Assembly: GCA_949293555.1 (NCBI GenBank)
Contig: CASFDV010000001.1
Location: 238,605-302,604, forward strand
Direction of reading: 5' to 3'
Source: an uncultured Bacillota bacterium
GTDB lineage: Bacteria > Bacillota_I > Bacilli_A > RFN20 > CAG-826
DNA: 64,000 nt
The notes beneath the pieces were generated by a model that made no database searches, had not been told where the DNA came from, and saw only the letters and a program-made list of their open reading frames with translations. A program made the translations under genes and the position numbers. This document shows, piece after piece, positions 55,471 through 64,000 of this stretch (position 1 is its first letter; each line of letters opens with the position of its first letter).

Positions 55471-55944
55471 CTACTTCCCCTTCTTTCCCCTGAAGGGCAG
55501 GAGGCCCGCGACAAAGGAGAGAAGGAAGCCCAGGGCAAGGACCCCGCCCACGACGAAGGGGCCATAGGAAAGGGAGACCGGGACTTCCCCCAGGAAAGAC
55601 CCGGCAAGAGGGGCCCACAGGAAGGATAGGGCCGTGGGGACGAGAAGCAGGGCGCCCGAGAAGAGGTAGAGGAACCCGGCGAAGCGCTTCCCTCCGTTCC
55701 CGAAGCTCATCGCCAGGGAAAGGGCGAGGAAGAGGGTCCCGACGAGCAGGAGGACGAAGAGAACGACGAAGGGAGTCTGGCTCGCCAGGTGGCTCGCGCC
55801 GTTCCCGAACACGAAGTCATAGCCGAAGAACGTCTCCCCGAGAGGTCCTTCCATCGCGGGCATCAGGAGGAAGAAGTAGGCCAGGACCGCCATGAGGAGG
55901 GCGAGCGATCCAAGAAGCGGCAATGCGATGCTTTTCTTTTTCAT
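55471..55944 (-). CDS. Small 4-TM membrane protein, unknown family
   Basis: 157 aa, hydrophobic, Lys-rich ends. It is the last gene of the minus-strand operon. Confidence 0.6.
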   Translation of the reverse strand: MKKKSIALPLLGSLALLMAVLAYFFLLMPAMEGPLGETFFGYDFVFGNGASHLASQTPFVVLFVLLLVGTLFLALSLAMSFGNGGKRFAGFLYLFSGALLLVPTALSFLWAPLAGSFLGEVPVSLSYGPFVVGGVLALGFLLSFVAGLLPFRGKKGK

Positions 55945-55966
55945 AGGAATGTCTCCTTATCTGAAC

Positions 55967-57580
55967 CTAGGGACGGATGGAAAGGGTGGCGCCTTCCTCA
56001 GTGATGGAAAGGATCTCGACCTCCGGGATCCGGGCGAGCCTGGAGCCGTCGTTCATCGCTCCCTGGAGCCCTCTCGGGAACTGGTCGGAAAGGCCGAGGT
56101 CGTTCGCGACGTCGATCAGATCGCCCTCGAGGAAGAGGGAACGATTGTCCTGGACGAGGCTCGACGTCCCGAAGGAACGCCCCGCCTTGTCGATCAAGGT
56201 GAGCTGGAGGAAGTCGGTGGCTTCCCCGCTGAAGTTCTCGTAGTCGCTTCCGCCGGGGGTGTTCGAGAAGGCGACGGACTGGATGATGGCCTCGCTATAG
56301 CCATCCACCCGCTGGAGGTCGTCAACGAAGGTGACGACGTTCTCCTGTGCATAAGGGTTCGGGGAAGGCTCAGCCCTCATGAGGCGCGCGTCCACGTGCC
56401 AGACACGGATCCCGCTCCCTTGCATCGCCGGGACGTAGCTCGCGCTCCCGTCGAGCGCATCCTTTTCGTTGAGCCCCTCGGGCGCGTAGTACTCGAGCAT
56501 GAGGAACTCGTCGAAGGCCGACCCGTTCCACCCGTCCCCCGTCGGGAGGATGAGCGCGTCCCCGCTCGAGGAAAAGGGACGGAGGGTAAGCGTGTGCTCA
56601 CCGCCCTCGTAGACGTAAGGCTCCGTCCACCCGAGGGCGAACTTGCTCCAGGAGTTATGGTCGATGACGTTGTTGTCCATCATGTCCACGCCTCCGACGG
56701 GGGAGACCGTGAAGCGGCTGTTGTAGTCGTAGTAGTCGGGAAGCCCGAGAAGATGCCCCGTCTCGTGGATGAAGGTGTGGCCGTCGACCCCGTTCTCCCC
56801 ATACCCTTCGTACATGAAGTCGTAGGAAGCCCAGGAATAGGCATAGGGCAAGGGATCGGAAGGATTGCCCGGCTCGTTCTCATAGGCCCAGTAGGTGAAG
56901 GCCCAGTTGTTGGAGGTGACCCAGGGGTCGTTCGTGTAGTTCGGGCCCGAGTAGACGGCCCAGATCGCGTCGATGTAGCCGTCCCCGTCCCCGTCGAAGT
57001 CCTTCGTGTCGAGGATGCCTTCCTTCTCCCAATGGGCGATCGCGCTTTCGATGACCAAGGTCACGCCTTCCGCGGTGCCATCGCTCTGGTTGAGCCTGGC
57101 GATCTCGCTCGAGCTAAGGCCGCAGTCGTACCAGGGCATGACCTCGCCGGAAAAGGAAAGCTTCCCGTAGGAGGACTTCTCGTAGAAGCTTCTCACCGAC
57201 TCCCAGGAGGTGTCCTCGGAATCCCCGAAGAAAACCTTCTCCATGTCGGACGTGTACTTGCTTTCCTCCGCGGCGGAGAGACGGTAGTCGGATTGGATGA
57301 TCGGAAGGACGAGAAGGCGGACGTTCCCGACGGAGGGCGTGTCAACGACATAGCCATAGCCTGCGTTCCGGTGCACGTCCCCGTATGTGTAGCGCGTTCC
57401 CTTTCTCTCGATCCCGTCCCCGGAAGAGCCTCCCCCGAGGGAGCTGCTCCCTGGGTTCACGATCTCGTGGCTGGAGGAAGACTCGTCCTGGGAAATTTCG
57501 AAAAACCGATTGAAGAAGTCGCAGGAAGAGAGGGGGATGGCGATTCCCGCTATCCCAAGAATCAAAATAAAGCGTCTCAT
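55967..57580 (-). CDS. Lipoprotein, M6-family (immune inhibitor A-like) zinc metalloprotease
   Basis: Signal peptide plus lipobox (IPLSSC). FIHETGHLLGLPDYYD is an HExxH..LPD.YD M6-type motif. 537 aa. Confidence 0.82.
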   Translation of the reverse strand: MRRFILILGIAGIAIPLSSCDFFNRFFEISQDESSSSHEIVNPGSSSLGGGSSGDGIERKGTRYTYGDVHRNAGYGYVVDTPSVGNVRLLVLPIIQSDYRLSAAEESKYTSDMEKVFFGDSEDTSWESVRSFYEKSSYGKLSFSGEVMPWYDCGLSSSEIARLNQSDGTAEGVTLVIESAIAHWEKEGILDTKDFDGDGDGYIDAIWAVYSGPNYTNDPWVTSNNWAFTYWAYENEPGNPSDPLPYAYSWASYDFMYEGYGENGVDGHTFIHETGHLLGLPDYYDYNSRFTVSPVGGVDMMDNNVIDHNSWSKFALGWTEPYVYEGGEHTLTLRPFSSSGDALILPTGDGWNGSAFDEFLMLEYYAPEGLNEKDALDGSASYVPAMQGSGIRVWHVDARLMRAEPSPNPYAQENVVTFVDDLQRVDGYSEAIIQSVAFSNTPGGSDYENFSGEATDFLQLTLIDKAGRSFGTSSLVQDNRSLFLEGDLIDVANDLGLSDQFPRGLQGAMNDGSRLARIPEVEILSITEEGATLSIRP

Positions 57581-58284
57581 TTTGCAGGGTTATTCTCGAT
57601 AACGTTCCCTAGTTCGTCGATTTCCGCGGGGTGCGGGTCGTAGTCGCTCGAGCTAGAAATAGCCAGCACGACCCCAGAGAAGATGAGAATCGTCATGCCG
57701 CCGTAGAGGGAGAGCCAGAACACCCAGTCGTCGAAGTGGGAGAACATCTCGAGGACCGGGTAGGTGAAACAGACGGCGAAGAAGAGGAAAAGGAGGTTCA
57801 GCCCGTTCGCGAGGCGGTAGCGCCAGTCCACGTCCCCTTCAATCGCCTTGCGGATGTCGAAGAGGAAGGCCGCGAGGGAAGTGATGGAAGAGATGAGGTA
57901 GAGGACCGCTCCCGTGGGATCCCCGCCCTTCAGGAAGAGGGCGATCGTCAAGGTGAGGGAGAAGAGGAAGACGGAAAGCGCGGAAAGGGCGACCAGGAGG
58001 ATGTGCGAGGTCTTCGGGCGGTAGCAAAGGTCGACGAAGAGGAGGATCCCGAGGACGCCGACGATCGCCATGAAGGCTTCCATGACATGGAGCTCCATGG
58101 GGAATGCAACGGCGAACTCCCCGATCCCGCCCTCGAAGGCGAAGAAGACGAAGGCGATCAAGGAAGCGAGGAGGGGAAGGAGCGAAGAGGGCCGGAAGCC
58201 CGGCTCCATCTTCCTGCCGTCAGGCAGGGTGATGGTCAGGAGGCTTTTCGCCTTCTGGAGGAACGAGCGGAGGAACGCTTTCAT
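57577..58284 (-). CDS. 6-TM membrane protein, unknown family, embedded between oppF and the protease gene
   Basis: 235 aa from ATG 58284, with a GGGAGAG SD in the oppF 3' end; the track start at 58290 is GTG. Its stop overlaps the protease ATG (ATGA). Confidence 0.6.
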   Translation of the reverse strand: MKAFLRSFLQKAKSLLTITLPDGRKMEPGFRPSSLLPLLASLIAFVFFAFEGGIGEFAVAFPMELHVMEAFMAIVGVLGILLFVDLCYRPKTSHILLVALSALSVFLFSLTLTIALFLKGGDPTGAVLYLISSITSLAAFLFDIRKAIEGDVDWRYRLANGLNLLFLFFAVCFTYPVLEMFSHFDDWVFWLSLYGGMTILIFSGVVLAISSSSDYDPHPAEIDELGNVIENNPAK

Positions 58285-58286
58285 CT

Positions 58287-59777
58287 TCACTCTCCCTTCT
58301 TCGCGGAGTCGATCGCCGCGATCTCGGCGCGGTAGCGCGCCAGCTCCTCGGAGTTGGCCAGGATGAAGTGGCCGGGACGGATTTCCGTGAGGACGGGCTT
58401 CTCGTGCGAGTAGTCATGCGCCTCGGCGGGGTTATAGACGGTCCTCTTGCGGTTCTTCTCGCTCCGGGGGTCGGGCTTGGGGATCGCGGAGAGGAGGGCC
58501 TTCGTGTAGGGGTGGAGAGGATGGAGGAAGAGCTCGTCGCTCGTCGCGAGCTCGACGATCGAGCCGAAGTACATGACCGCGATCCTGTCGCAGAAGTACT
58601 TCACCACGGAAAGGTCGTGGGCGATGAAAAGCATCGTCAGCCCCATCTCCTCCTTCACGTCGTTGAGGAGGTTCAGGATCTGGGCGCGGATGGAGACGTC
58701 GAGGGCGGAGATCGGCTCGTCGCAGATGAGGAGCTTCGGATTCATGATGAGGGCGCGGGCGATGCCGATCCTCTGGCGCTGGCCGCCGGAGAACTCGTGG
58801 GGGTAGCGCGAGGCGTACTCCGGGATGAGCCCGACCTTCTCGAGCATCTCGATGCAACGCTGGTGGTTCTTCGCCCGGTCGCGGAGATGCTGGATCTTGA
58901 GTCCTTCCTGGATGATGTCCTCCACCGTCATGCGGGGGTCGAGGGAATCGACCGGGTCCTGGAAGATCATCTGGATCTCGTTCATGAGCTTCCGGTCGCG
59001 GTGGGCGTTGTCGTAGCGGATCTGGCGGATCTGCGCCTTCTGCTCCTCGAGGGTCTTCCGCAGGATCGCGCGCTGCACCTCGATGCGGCGCTCGTAATCC
59101 GCCCTGATCTCGGCCTCGTCCTTCTCGCGACTTTCCTCGAGCAGGGCGATGCGGCGCTCCAGCTCCTCAATGCGGGCGGTATGCTCCCGCTCGCTCTGGC
59201 GGATGGCGGCCGCGTTCCTGTCGTCGGTGTGGTCGAACTCGGAGAGCTCGGTCTCCATGTCCTTCCGCTCGCGCTCAAGCTCGGCCTCGAGGGAGGCGAT
59301 GTCGGTCCCGCCCTTCCTCTGGGCGAGGGCGAGGGCCATCTCCTTCTTCAGGGCGGCGATCCTCTCGCGGACGCGGATCCTCGTCCACTTGATCTCCTTC
59401 TCGTTCCAGCGGGACCCGGCGGAAATGCGGACGCCCTTGTAGTAGATGGAGCCGGAGGTGATCTCGTACAGGTTGATGATGGAACGGCCCGTGGTCGTCT
59501 TCCCGCAGCCGCTCTCGCCGACGAGCCCGAAGCACTCCCCTTCCTTCACGTCGAAGGAGATGTCGTGGACGGCCTTCGTCTTGAAGCCGCCCCCCATGTC
59601 GAAGAACTGCTTCAGGTGGCGGACGGAAAGGATCGTCCTGCTCTCGACGAGCTCGGGACGGTAGCTGACCTTCGGGTCCCTCGGCGGGGCCCACTCGGAG
59701 GAAGGCGCAGATTTCTCCTCCTCTGGAAGGACGGGAGCCTTTTCTTCGAGGATTTCCCCGGGACGCTTCTCACTCAT
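58287..59777 (-). CDS. oppF: Oligopeptide/dipeptide ABC transporter ATP-binding protein (OppF-like) with ~140-aa coiled-coil insertion
   Basis: Walker A GESGCGKTT. A charged heptad-like segment (aa ~120-262, nt ~58992-59420) precedes the Q-loop IFQDP. It has the LSGGQ-type FSGGQRQRIGIA, Walker B LLICDEPISALD, and a C-terminal oligopeptide-type extension. Confidence 0.9.
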   Translation of the reverse strand: MSEKRPGEILEEKAPVLPEEEKSAPSSEWAPPRDPKVSYRPELVESRTILSVRHLKQFFDMGGGFKTKAVHDISFDVKEGECFGLVGESGCGKTTTGRSIINLYEITSGSIYYKGVRISAGSRWNEKEIKWTRIRVRERIAALKKEMALALAQRKGGTDIASLEAELERERKDMETELSEFDHTDDRNAAAIRQSEREHTARIEELERRIALLEESREKDEAEIRADYERRIEVQRAILRKTLEEQKAQIRQIRYDNAHRDRKLMNEIQMIFQDPVDSLDPRMTVEDIIQEGLKIQHLRDRAKNHQRCIEMLEKVGLIPEYASRYPHEFSGGQRQRIGIARALIMNPKLLICDEPISALDVSIRAQILNLLNDVKEEMGLTMLFIAHDLSVVKYFCDRIAVMYFGSIVELATSDELFLHPLHPYTKALLSAIPKPDPRSEKNRKRTVYNPAEAHDYSHEKPVLTEIRPGHFILANSEELARYRAEIAAIDSAKKGE

Positions 59778-61560
59778 GGCGGTTCCCTCCCTTCAAAGAG
59801 TTCTGGATCCTCGTGCGGACGATCGCGGGCATCTCAGCCTCGGGCGCCCTTTCGTCGAGGAGCCAGGTGGCGGCGTAGTGGGTCTTGCTGATCTCGAACA
59901 TCGGCGGCTCTTCCTTGAAGTCGATGCCGAGCGCGTACTTGCTCCGGAGGGCGAAGGCGTCGCCCTTGGGCGGGTAGAGCATGTTCGGCGGGGTGCCGGG
60001 GATGGCCTCGAGCCTCTCCTTGCTGTCCACGTCCGGGATGGAGGAGAGGAGGGCCCAGGTGTAGGGATGCGCGGGATGGTAGAAGACATCCTCCGCGGTC
60101 CCGTACTCGACGATCTTCCCCGCGTACATCACCGCGACGCGGTCGGCCATGTTGGCAACGACGCCGAGGTCATGGGTGATGAAGATGACGGACATGTTCC
60201 TCGCCTTCTTGAGGCGGTTGATGAGCTCGAGGATCTGCGCCTGGATGGTGACGTCGAGGGCGGTCGTCGGCTCGTCGCAGATGAGGACGTCGGGGTCGGC
60301 GGTCAAGGCGATCGCGATGACGATCCTCTGCCTCATGCCGCCGGAGAACTCGAAGGGGTACTGGTTGAAGCGCTTCTCGGGGTAGGCGATGCCGACCTCC
60401 TCCATGATCTTGAGGGCGCGCCTCTTGGCGTCCCCGTGGGTGACCCGGAGGTCGCTCAAATATCTCCGCCGTTCGGAGACGAAATCTCCGTAAAGCGTGC
60501 CAAGGGTCTCCTTCCCGGCGTATTTCCTCCGGATTTCGAGCTCCTTGATCCTTCTTTCGCGCAAAAGCGAGCGCTTGAGGGAGGGATTCGCGGAGATTTT
60601 CTCCCTGTACTCCTTGCGAAGGGCAGCGATCTCCGCCTTCCTCAGGGGGTTATGGAAGAAGCCCTTGAGCCCGCCCTCGCCCTTGAGGAGGACGTCTTCC
60701 TCGCTTTCGTCTTCCGCAGGCTTCCTTCCGAGGAGCCAGGCGCGGAAGCGGGCGAGGAGCGCCTTTTCCTTCTCGAGGTGCTTGGCGCGCTGCTCGGCGC
60801 GGAACTTCCTCGCCGCAATGGCAGCCTCCTTCCTCTTCTCGCGAAGGATCTTCTTGTCCTCGGCGATCTTGTCGAGGAGCGCCTTCTTCTTCGAAGGGAA
60901 CTCCGAGTCGAGGGCAAGGACCTTCTCCTCGGTCCAGCCCTTGGAGGCAAGGTATTCCGCCTCGCTCCCGGGCTTCTCCTCGAGGGCCCTGTATTCCTTG
61001 CAGAGGGAAAGGACCTCCTTCCTCCCGCTCCTCCTCTCCTCCTTCAGGAGGCGGAGGAGGCGCTCGTCGTTCTTCCAGCGGATCAAGGACTCGTTGGTGA
61101 TGGAATCCTTGAGCCGGCGGACCTTGTCGCCGTTGATGATCATGACCTCGGTGATCTGCTTCCCGATCTTCATGATGGGGTTGAGAGAGGAGAGAGGGTC
61201 CTGGAAGACCATGCCGATCTTCGTCCCGCGGATGTTATGGAACTCCTCCTCGCTGATCTTGGTGAGGTCCTCGCCCTCGTAGACGATGGAGCCGGAGTCG
61301 ATGTGGGCGCTCGCGCCGAGGATGCCCATGATGGTCTTGCTCGTGACGGACTTCCCGGAGCCGGACTCCCCGACGATGCAGAGGGTCTCGCCCTGGTAGA
61401 GGTCGAAGGAGACGCCCCGGACGGCGCGGACCTTCCCCTCGTCCGTCCGGAAGCTCACCGCGAGGTTCCGCACGGAAAGGACGGGGCTCTGCCCATCGGG
61501 GACTTCCCCGACGGTGTTGGGATAGTCGATGGTGCCGAGAGCCTTTCTCTTCTTATCCAT
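59770..61560 (-). CDS. oppD: Oligopeptide/dipeptide ABC transporter ATP-binding protein (OppD-like) with ~230-aa charged insertion
   Basis: Walker A GESGSGKSV and Q-loop MVFQDP. An insertion at aa ~145-376 (nt ~60433-61128) precedes FSGGMRQRIVIA. Walker B VLICDEPTTALD. Confidence 0.9.
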   Translation of the reverse strand: MDKKRKALGTIDYPNTVGEVPDGQSPVLSVRNLAVSFRTDEGKVRAVRGVSFDLYQGETLCIVGESGSGKSVTSKTIMGILGASAHIDSGSIVYEGEDLTKISEEEFHNIRGTKIGMVFQDPLSSLNPIMKIGKQITEVMIINGDKVRRLKDSITNESLIRWKNDERLLRLLKEERRSGRKEVLSLCKEYRALEEKPGSEAEYLASKGWTEEKVLALDSEFPSKKKALLDKIAEDKKILREKRKEAAIAARKFRAEQRAKHLEKEKALLARFRAWLLGRKPAEDESEEDVLLKGEGGLKGFFHNPLRKAEIAALRKEYREKISANPSLKRSLLRERRIKELEIRRKYAGKETLGTLYGDFVSERRRYLSDLRVTHGDAKRRALKIMEEVGIAYPEKRFNQYPFEFSGGMRQRIVIAIALTADPDVLICDEPTTALDVTIQAQILELINRLKKARNMSVIFITHDLGVVANMADRVAVMYAGKIVEYGTAEDVFYHPAHPYTWALLSSIPDVDSKERLEAIPGTPPNMLYPPKGDAFALRSKYALGIDFKEEPPMFEISKTHYAATWLLDERAPEAEMPAIVRTRIQNSLKGGNRHE

Positions 61561-61562
61561 GG

Positions 61563-63530
61563 CTAGTCCTGCGCTCCTTTCATCGAGGGATTGAACGCGT
61601 CGCGGAGGCCGTTCCCGAACAAGTTGAAGCAGATCATGATGACCGCCATCACGATGGAGGCCGAGATGATCATGTAGGGGTAGGTGTTGATTGACTGCTG
61701 GGCGGTCGACATGGTGACGCCGAAGCTCTGGCTCCCCTGGAAGGCGAGGACGCCCGGGAGGAGGTAGCTGATCGTCGCCTCGCTGAAGATGACGGAAGGA
61801 ATCATCAATACGCCGGAGGTGATGATGATGCCGATGCCGTTCGGGAGGATGTGGCGGAAGATGAGCCTGGCGTCGCTCGCGCCCAATGTTCGCGAGGCCA
61901 GGACATACTCCCTCCCTTTAAATCGGTAGAACTGGCTTCTGGTCGTCGCGGCCATCCCCATCCATCCTGTCAGGCAAAGGCCCAGGAGGAAGGTCCAGAA
62001 GTTCGATCCGAGGAGAAGGACGATCAAGGTCATCATGACGATGAATGGCACCCCTCCCAGGATTTCGGCGACACGTTCCATGAGAAGGTCGACCCAGCCG
62101 CCGAAGTAGCCGGAGATCGAGCCCCAGACGACGCCGACGGTGATGTTGATGATCGCGCAGAGGAAGCCCAGCTCAAGGGAGGTGAGGAGCCCGGAGAAGA
62201 CGACCTTGAAGAAGTCCTGCCCCTGGGCGTTCGTCCCGAAGAGGTAGTAGATCTGGTCGGTGCACTCGGCGATGTAGCCTTGGTAATAGAGGTAGCGGTA
62301 GCGGCTCCTCGTGCCGGTGAGGCTCCGGGAGCTGACGTCGCCCCAGCTGCTCGTGCTTTCCTTGTCGACCGTGCGGATCGGGCAGTACTTCTCCCCCGCC
62401 TCGGTGAGGGCGAAGGAAGAGACGTCGCCCCAGGTGTAGGTCATCCAGCCCCGCTTGACGAAGGTGTCGACCTCCGTGCTCGTGAAGGTCGCGGTGTCCT
62501 CCCCGAAGGCAGCCTCGTACTTGTCGTAGCGGAAGCTCCCGAGGAGCATCTTGCTCCGGTAGATGCCGGTCTGGGCGCCCTGCGAGACAAGGGTCCAGTT
62601 CGAGGAACGTCCTCCGAGGAGGGCGGTCGCGTCGGTGAAGGAAACGTTTTCGTTCACGGCCCCGTTGTTCTTCAGGACTGCGCTCTTGAGGTAGAGGGAG
62701 GTCTGCTTCCCCTCCTCGCCTTCGACGTGGACGCCGAAACGGAAATCGGTAGCCTCCGTCACAACGTCAGCAAGAATCTCCCCAAGGTCGAAGGAGCAAT
62801 CCTCATAGGACCTCCCCGCCTCCTGGAGCTCATGGCCGACGACCCACTGCCCGGCATCGTCCTGGACATAGAGGACCGGGGTCCAGAGAGGATTCCCCCC
62901 AAGGGTCTCGGTCGCCTCCTTTTCAAAGGAGTAGGCAACTTCCGTCTCGTTGATGGGGAGGTATGTGAAGACATCTGACATGTAGTCCACGTCAAAGCCT
63001 TCCTTCGTCGGGAAGAAGGTAACTGCGCCGCCCTGGCCGTACTTGAGGACGCCCTCGGACTTCTGGCTGAGGTAGTCCTCGGTCACTTCGATGTCGGAGA
63101 CTATCGCCTCGTCGCGATAGACGGATCCGTCCGTCTGGACCGGCCGCATCGTCGCCGGGTCGAGGGTGACGCCGCTCACCCACTCCGTCCCGTCCATCCA
63201 TCCGGTCCCGGAAGGGAACCATTTCGGCGGGAGGTAGTGGCTCTCGGTGATGTTGTTCGAGCGCGTGATGTCGTTTCCGTCCGCGATCGGCACGATGATC
63301 GCCATGAGGATGAGAACGCCGAGGATGATGGCGGCGGTCACGCTACTCTTGCTCTTGCAGAAGCGCTTGAAGGCGTCCTTGAAGAAGGTCGTGGGCTTCG
63401 TCTCGAACTTGACGTCGTGGATCGACTTGTCGAGCTGGACGAAGGAAAAGTCCTGCTCGGCGGAGAAGGCGAGCCTATCCTCGACGGGGGCCGCCTTGGC
63501 TTTCTTTCTCTTGAACCAGTCCATACTCAC
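61563..63530 (-). CDS. oppC: ABC transporter permease (OppC-like) with ~350-aa extracytoplasmic domain after TM1
   Basis: The C-terminal 220 aa show a typical OppC/DppC core (GYFGGWVDLLMERVAEILGGVPFIVMM). The loop at aa ~83-435 (nt ~62226-63284) is unassigned. The start is either GTG 63530 (GTGA overlap) or ATG 63524. Confidence 0.85.
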   Translation of the reverse strand: MSMDWFKRKKAKAAPVEDRLAFSAEQDFSFVQLDKSIHDVKFETKPTTFFKDAFKRFCKSKSSVTAAIILGVLILMAIIVPIADGNDITRSNNITESHYLPPKWFPSGTGWMDGTEWVSGVTLDPATMRPVQTDGSVYRDEAIVSDIEVTEDYLSQKSEGVLKYGQGGAVTFFPTKEGFDVDYMSDVFTYLPINETEVAYSFEKEATETLGGNPLWTPVLYVQDDAGQWVVGHELQEAGRSYEDCSFDLGEILADVVTEATDFRFGVHVEGEEGKQTSLYLKSAVLKNNGAVNENVSFTDATALLGGRSSNWTLVSQGAQTGIYRSKMLLGSFRYDKYEAAFGEDTATFTSTEVDTFVKRGWMTYTWGDVSSFALTEAGEKYCPIRTVDKESTSSWGDVSSRSLTGTRSRYRYLYYQGYIAECTDQIYYLFGTNAQGQDFFKVVFSGLLTSLELGFLCAIINITVGVVWGSISGYFGGWVDLLMERVAEILGGVPFIVMMTLIVLLLGSNFWTFLLGLCLTGWMGMAATTRSQFYRFKGREYVLASRTLGASDARLIFRHILPNGIGIIITSGVLMIPSVIFSEATISYLLPGVLAFQGSQSFGVTMSTAQQSINTYPYMIISASIVMAVIMICFNLFGNGLRDAFNPSMKGAQD

Positions 63531-64000
63531 TTCTTCGCCCCCATGCGGATCCTAGGATCGACGATGCCGTAGCTCAGATCGACGAGGAGCGTCGCCCCGA
63601 GCCCGATCAAGGTGTAGATGGCCATGTCGACCATGACCACGGAGTAGTCGCTTCCCTCCAGCGCCTTCACGAAGAGGGAGCCGATGCCCGGGATCCCGTA
63701 TAGCTGCTCGAGGATCATCGAGCCGGAGAGGATCGAGATGAACTGCCCGATGATCATCGGGACGATCGGCACCATCGAGTTCCGCATCGCGTGGCGGATG
63801 ACGGACTGGGGCTTGGTGAGGCCCTTGGTCCTCGCAAGGAGCAGGAACTCGCTCGACATCACCTCGCAAAGCTCCGCCCTCGTGTAGCGGGCGAAGCCGG
63901 CGATGGAGCCGAAGGAAAGGGCGCCGACCGGGATGATGTAGGCGAGCGCCGCCATCCCGGGATCCGCCTGCGCCTGGCTGTTGCTTGGCCAGACGCCCGG
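63527..64000 (-). CDS. oppB: ABC transporter permease (OppB-like), 3' part; gene continues beyond the window
   Basis: ARTKGL...RHAMRNSMVPIV...IVDPRIR is a typical OppB/DppB C-terminus. The reading frame stays open to nt 64000. Confidence 0.85.
   Translation of the reverse strand, partial: PGVWPSNSQAQADPGMAALAYIIPVGALSFGSIAGFARYTRAELCEVMSSEFLLLARTKGLTKPQSVIRHAMRNSMVPIVPMIIGQFISILSGSMILEQLYGIPGIGSLFVKALEGSDYSVVMVDMAIYTLIGLGATLLVDLSYGIVDPRIRMGAKK

Noticed and set aside
59776-61566. 596-aa ORF on the plus strand, exactly mirroring oppD (also 596 aa). Similar long antisense ORFs lie opposite secA (24618-26690, 690 aa), dnaX-ybaB-recR (32417-34549, 710 aa), nrdD (10203-11543), speA-aguA (47661-49415), the M6 protease (55892-57643) and others.
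   Set aside because: Their translations are low-complexity Arg/Gly/Asp/Glu/Leu/Val-rich with no motifs. The opposite strand carries unmistakable conserved proteins. Stop-free antisense frames are expected in GC-rich coding DNA. They are treated as shadow ORFs.

Overview
A visibly GC-rich, very tightly packed chromosomal segment. There are about 60 protein genes, one tRNA, and no rRNA, CRISPR array, transposase or integrase. The gene content looks like a small-genome anaerobic Bacillota or Mollicutes-related lineage. Supporting this are the Firmicute-type core block dnaX-ybaB-recR-tmk-holB-yaaT(ricT)-rsmI, and the run prfA-prmC-tsaC-rpiB-comFA-comFC-secA-prfB-yitT-uvrB. It also has anaerobic RNR (nrdD/nrdG), a flavodiiron protein, and Opp ATPases carrying large coiled-coil insertions as in mycoplasmas. 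TGA is a genuine stop here: RF2 is present with its TGA-dependent +1 frameshift, so the genetic code is 11. Most of the window is housekeeping and I see no classical defence island or mobile element. The points worth a second look are unusual architectures. (1) NrdD is fused to a CPNC redoxin domain, followed by an overlapping thioredoxin-reductase-like gene that lacks the NADPH-binding HRRxxxR signature. (2) A ThyX-fold protein with the canonical active-site motif replaced is coupled to folD. (3) A Cys-phosphatase-Nudix fusion is coupled to mscL. (4) A single-polypeptide arginine decarboxylase plus agmatine deiminase sits next to aguB. (5) An opp operon is extended by two unknown membrane proteins and an M6 lipoprotein protease. 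(6) At least 14 genes have a TANNAT -10 box 5-9 nt from the start codon, which suggests leaderless mRNAs. (7) Two CIRCE-like operators bracket the hsp20 promoter. The ORF track uses ATG/GTG/TTG starts and longest ORFs, so several starts below were trimmed using motifs, SD sequences or -10 boxes read from the sequence. All family calls rest on motif recognition by eye, not database searches.
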